64,000 bases of DNA from Callorhinchus milii (lineage: Eukaryota): assembly GCF_018977255.1 (NCBI RefSeq), contig NW_024704743.1:100318001-100382000 (forward strand), read 5' to 3'. Shown piece by piece: positions 59,280-64,000 of the stretch (the stretch's first letter is position 1; the number at the start of each line of letters is the position of its first letter). A model generated the notes under the pieces. The model was not told the DNA's origin, searched no databases, and saw only the letters and a program-made list of their open reading frames with translations. Position numbers and translations under genes: made by a program.

Positions 59280-59590
59280 CCAGAGCCATGCAGACAAGGA
59301 CTAGGCCTGGTTTGTGCTGCATTAGCTGAAAGGATGATTGTGGTGGCCTCAGCATCCCTGGGCTAGAAAGTGGAAAATTCAGCTCAGGTTCAGATTCCTG
59401 AACTCTGCAAGAAGAGTACAGCTGTTGGATAAGAATTGAACTGGTTTCCAATGTAAAGCTCCCTGGAGTCAACTTCTAGTCACAAACGAACAATGGTCAA
59501 TTGAGTTGAAGTATAGGATAACCTATGGCACACTTTGTGGCAGTATATCCTAGCCTCAGATAAATAACATAGCTTGCTCAAGGAAGACTC
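59280..59590 (+). mobile_element. Ancient SINE-like dispersed repeat (AmnSINE2/MamSINE1-like by recollection)
   Basis: tgtgctg..ttagctga...ggcctcagcatccctgggctag..ggaaaattcagc motif. Related diverged segments at about 63220-63430, 12110-12350, 11045-11170, 40680-41100 (reverse) and 54900-55160 (reverse). Confidence 0.5.
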
Positions 59591-60389
59591 TTTAGTAATA
59601 ATAATAATCTTTACATTTGATATAGCACCTTATCCTGTCCTTGAGATTTCTCAAAGCTCTTCACAGAATATATTGATGGAGGCCAGAGATACAGACTAGA
59701 AAATCAAGTTTGCTTCTCATATTGGGACTTTGAACTTACAGTGCAGACAGACACTCTCTTTCAGTAACAGGGATGTGCTGCATTACTGGAGGTGCCATCC
59801 TTCAGATGAATTGTTAAACAGTGGTCTTGCCTATTGAGATGGGCATTAAAGATCCTGTGGTATTGTTCAAAAAGAGAAGTGAGTTTCTCTGGCCAACAAT
59901 CTTCCAGATTAAAATTTATCATTCAGAGTATCCAAATCAACCTACTAAGTGTTAATATATGTATGATTTCTGCTTATTTGAAATGGAGAGCACAATCTCT
60001 AATCTGACAGATTTAGGCACTGGTTGGCATGAACCAAAGCTTGTATACCACACTTTAACCAACTAAGACCATACAATTTGCCATTGCAAACATGATCTAG
60101 AAAGATTCTCATTTCTTGCTTCTTTCGTGAAATTGCTGCTCCAGAATAGTAGCCTGTTGCTATCCTTCCAAACAACTACAATCATACTATATATAAAATA
60201 ACAAGGGTAAGCCCCTGCCCCCCACACTTGCCCATGTATTCATTCATACAAACCCATAACCTTTCTAAACTGTGTCTGTAAAATATCAGCAAAAGACTTG
60301 GCTCATAATCTGGATTCTGGTTCCATACATATCCAGTCAGGATTTATATGAAAGTTGTAGTGAGTCAACTTCACCCACAACAGCCACAA

Positions 60390-60750
60390 TACAACAAGAA
60401 GAAAATTACATCTATATAGTGCTTTTCACGTCGGGAGGATTTCCCAAGGCGCTGGACAGACAGAGCTGAGGTTCGGGATGGGGGAGAGGGGAGGGCAGGG
60501 GAGGAAACAAGGAGATCAAAAGCACGGTCGAAGAGGAGGGTCTTGAGGTGGTCTTGAAGGTGGCGAGGGAAGGGGCGAGATGGGGGGAATTGCGGGATGG
60601 AGTTCCAGAGGGTGGGCACAGAATGGTGGAAGACCAGCCCGCTGATAATGGGGCGAGCAAGGCGGTGATGTGAAGCAGGCGCGAATGTGAGTTAGAAAGG
60701 ATAGTTGAGGGTCAAACAAGACCCCAAGATTCTGGACTGGCTTAGCAAGT
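60390..60750 (-). mobile_element. L2 LINE fragment with internal deletion
   Basis: 3' tail ttttcacgtcgggagg..cccaaggcgctggaca, joined at about 60660 to the VRNLGVLFDPQLSF segment. Confidence 0.8.
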
Positions 60751-63700
60751 ACACCATCTGTGGTAACTCCCCTGGATACAGAGCAAGCATTTCACCAAAC
60801 TGAACCGATTTTCTATTCTCTGTGTTTTATGAACGTTTATTCAAAAATATAATCTGATTATTTGATCTTTAAAGGGCCTTTGAGCCACTTTTTACATGAC
60901 AGGCACTATACAATTGTTGACCCTGACTCATACTGTTCTTTAATTAATGAAGGTTTTATAGCAGTATATTATTTTAACACATACTGATCACATTATTTCC
61001 CAGTAACCAACTGTTATGGTTAATCCTTGGTAAATCTCACTTATTGAATGCTTTGCAGGATGGATAGAATCACGCATCAATGAAACGCAATCGATCCCTA
61101 CACCAGGAGCCTCTAAGAAAGCTAAGAAAAAGCCAACGAAGTTCACAGTATGTGTTGTAAAACTATAGCTCTTTTTGGAATGATTTGAAGGCTGTAACCT
61201 CATCTCATGGGTTCAGTAAATGATAGTAAACTGCCGTGACTTTGCTCCTGTGGTTTATGATGGAATCTGAATACTGTTGCCTGTAATTATTCCAGGACAG
61301 TCATTATTTTCTGTTTTTGCATGCAATTCACATATAAGTAAACTTATGGTGAAAGGGTCAAAGAGGCTTCCTTAGACACAAGTGTAGTGTCAGCATTTAC
61401 TTTTCCATTATTATAATGGAAGCTAAATAAATGATAAAACAGGAAAACCGCTGTGATCCATCACAAAAATGTAAGAATGTTCCTTTGCAGCATTTACAGT
61501 GTATTAGTTCTCATTCTTTATGAGTTCAATTTAATTTTCTCTTACAAAATGCTCACCCACAAAAACACAGTAACTACACTTTATAGTATATCCTGTGAAG
61601 CAATTTGAGACTTCCTTCCGACGTGAAAGATGCTTCACCAAGCATAAGGATTTTTGTTATTATTCTTTCTCATTACACATTTTCCCCAAATGATCCTTGG
61701 TGCTAAAGTGGAATCGAGTTCTCTGGATGTAAAATAGACATCTCTTTTAAGATATCACCAGCCCTTCAGGACTGAAGGTAACACTTGCCTTTTCTAACTC
61801 TCCATCTTGTAACAAAGCACTCCTTAAGACTCTGATTTTCTCTCCCACTGCTGAGAAAGAAACTGATAGCAATAACAAATTTTGCAATGCTTGCCTACCA
61901 TATGTTTTACCGGGGGATTTGGAGGAAATGACTGTCAAATTAAGTTTATCAAAAGATGCAACCAAGGAAGAAAAACCCTGCAGTCCGTGGAACTTTGGGA
62001 GAGCCGTGAATTTTTCGGCAACTTTGGTATCGGGATGTTCACTTCTGTGCCCTCATTCTTATTCAAACCAGAAAGTGCAGCTTTAATTTAGTGAAATTCT
62101 TTCTGTGTCAGAAATCATTAAAGCAGGAATGAGCTCGTAAGTGTGCCTTAATTGGCAATTAATGTCTTCACGCCAGCGTTAGTTAGCATACATCGCAAAG
62201 AGTGTCTGAACTACTTCGGAAGTGTACTAATAATCAATGGTTAATGAGGTCTTTGGATTTTATTACTATGGGTTGCTGGAGCCTCAAGCAACACATTTTA
62301 ATTAGTGATACGTTTTTCAAACAACAAGTGATAGGTCAGCGCAGGCAGGATAAAATACCATTCCCTCGAAGTCATCAATCTGCAGTTTAGTGTCCTGCAA
62401 ACTTGACACACACTAAGAATCTGGCATTATTTCTCAGAAGGTTTATCACCAACATGGTCCAAGAAAATCAGAAAGAGAACCCAGTGTTGGTTTAAGCTTG
62501 CTCTTATATGTTGCTTTGTGTTGCAGTTGTGAGCACTCTCGCCTATGGCAATATTAGATGTCAGATGTCCTTATATTGTGTTACAGTCATTTTTCTATCT
62601 CATGATGACTGCTCTCAGTCTATGCACATGAAGTATTCCCCAGGACAAAAATGCCTTATTGAACCTACCAGAGGTGATCATTTCTGCTAGCAAGTAAAGC
62701 ATGCCTATTTGTTTTCCTTGCCTAAGATGGGCTTTTCAATTCTTTCAATTTTTAAGGCAGTGTAAAGGAGCAGACATCAATTCTGAGTGTGGTTAAGTGA
62801 TAAGCAACCCACAAATTCAAAGGCATAATTGTGCAGTTGGAAAATGATTTATTTTTGTAGTTAGTGCACAAGACCCATTTGTTGTTTGGGATCATTTGTA
62901 ATTGTTTTCCTGCATTTTGTATTCAATTCAGTAATACAGCTAATAATCTCCAAGATATTGAGATTTAAGCACCAATCTGTGACCTTTCCATAAAAGATTT
63001 CTGTTTTCAATGCCAGAGTACATTAAGTTGAGAAAGTGATTTTGAATGAGGTGGGAGGGAGAATTCTCTTCTAGACAGAAATAAAATCAAGGTCAAGCCA
63101 ATATCTGTTATGATACTTGTGCTGACATTCATTTATGTGTTTTTTTAAGGCTTCTTGTGAAAGCGAATAAGCTTTAGCAATTGTCCCTTCACATGATATA
63201 AATACGTTTCATCCACTGTTTGTGCTGAGTGAGCTGATCTCAGCTAGGGAAGCAGAAGTGCATTAAAATTGGGTTCAGTGTCCTGAGCTATAGAGAAGGA
63301 AAATCAGTGGGTTGCTTCTCTATATTGCTAACACAGTCAATCCTGTCCACATTTTGCTATTTACGTCCAGTTTATAAGTGCCCATTTTATGTAGATGTCT
63401 CATGAGAAACCTGGTATAAATAAGGGTTGAGCTACATTGATTTCTTACGCCGCTGTATTATAAATGGAGAAGCTGCTTTCATCTAAAACTTCCTGGGTTC
63501 AATGTTCTCAGTGAGAACTTTCACATAACCATTTTTCAAGTGTTAGGGAAGAGCTTTTCATGTGATCGGCTCTTTAATAATATTTAAAATATCTAAAACT
63601 ATTCAGCAGAGCTAACTGGACGTAAATGTTTACAATACAATAAGCATTTTTAAATTTACATCTTTTTTTGTGAATTCTGTGTCAACTTTATCTTCCATTT

Positions 63701-64000
63701 AGTATCTTGACAATCGTCCATTGACACTGATGGGACTAATCGATTAATATGATGCTATACTTGAATATGACATGTGCAAACATATTCAACAAGTGGTTGA
63801 CAGCTTTTAACAGAGCTTGAAAGTACAACGTTCAATGAAAATTATAGTGAAGACTGCCAAAAACCTGACCAAAAAATGCTGACCATCTGATACGTAAGCA
63901 GAAAAGCCAAGCAGTGAAATAAACTCCTTGTGAGACACTGTAATTCTTTCTTGTTCAATTTCATAAAAATTCCTTCAACACATCTGTCGCATCACATAAT

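Noticed and set aside
1..64000. CRISPR array, operon or prokaryotic defence system
   Set aside because: Eukaryotic intron-exon DNA. The recurrent aaatgcaaggattattatt motifs are irregularly spaced SINE tails on both strands.

Overview
AT-rich, repeat-dense vertebrate genomic DNA. The repeat content points to a cartilaginous fish, most likely a holocephalan such as the elephant shark (inference). The whole window appears to lie inside one minus-strand gene, DLGAP1 (GKAP/SAPAP1, a postsynaptic scaffold). Four coding exons are present: 57716-56754 (start exon), 43573-43359, 35121-34944 and 34373-34133. They have canonical AG/GT sites and matching phases, and together encode the N-terminus and all five GK-binding repeats. 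One of them (43573-43359) is not translated in its true frame by the ORF track. The rest is intron, filled with tRNA-derived Deu-type SINEs (three near-intact young copies, many old ones), L2 and CR1 LINE fragments (one 1.8 kb L2 with RT motifs), Tigger-like and foldback elements, and Penelope-like remnants. I see no prokaryote-type system and no second gene. The best leads are: a candidate internal promoter with an in-frame alternative first exon; candidate microexons or poison exons; an inverted young SINE pair bracketing three exons (circRNA potential); a uORF whose stop overlaps the DLGAP1 start codon; covarying SINE/L2 3' stem-loops; and a degenerate hammerhead-like Penelope palindrome. 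Repeat boundaries are approximate, and repeat family names come from recognition, not from a search.
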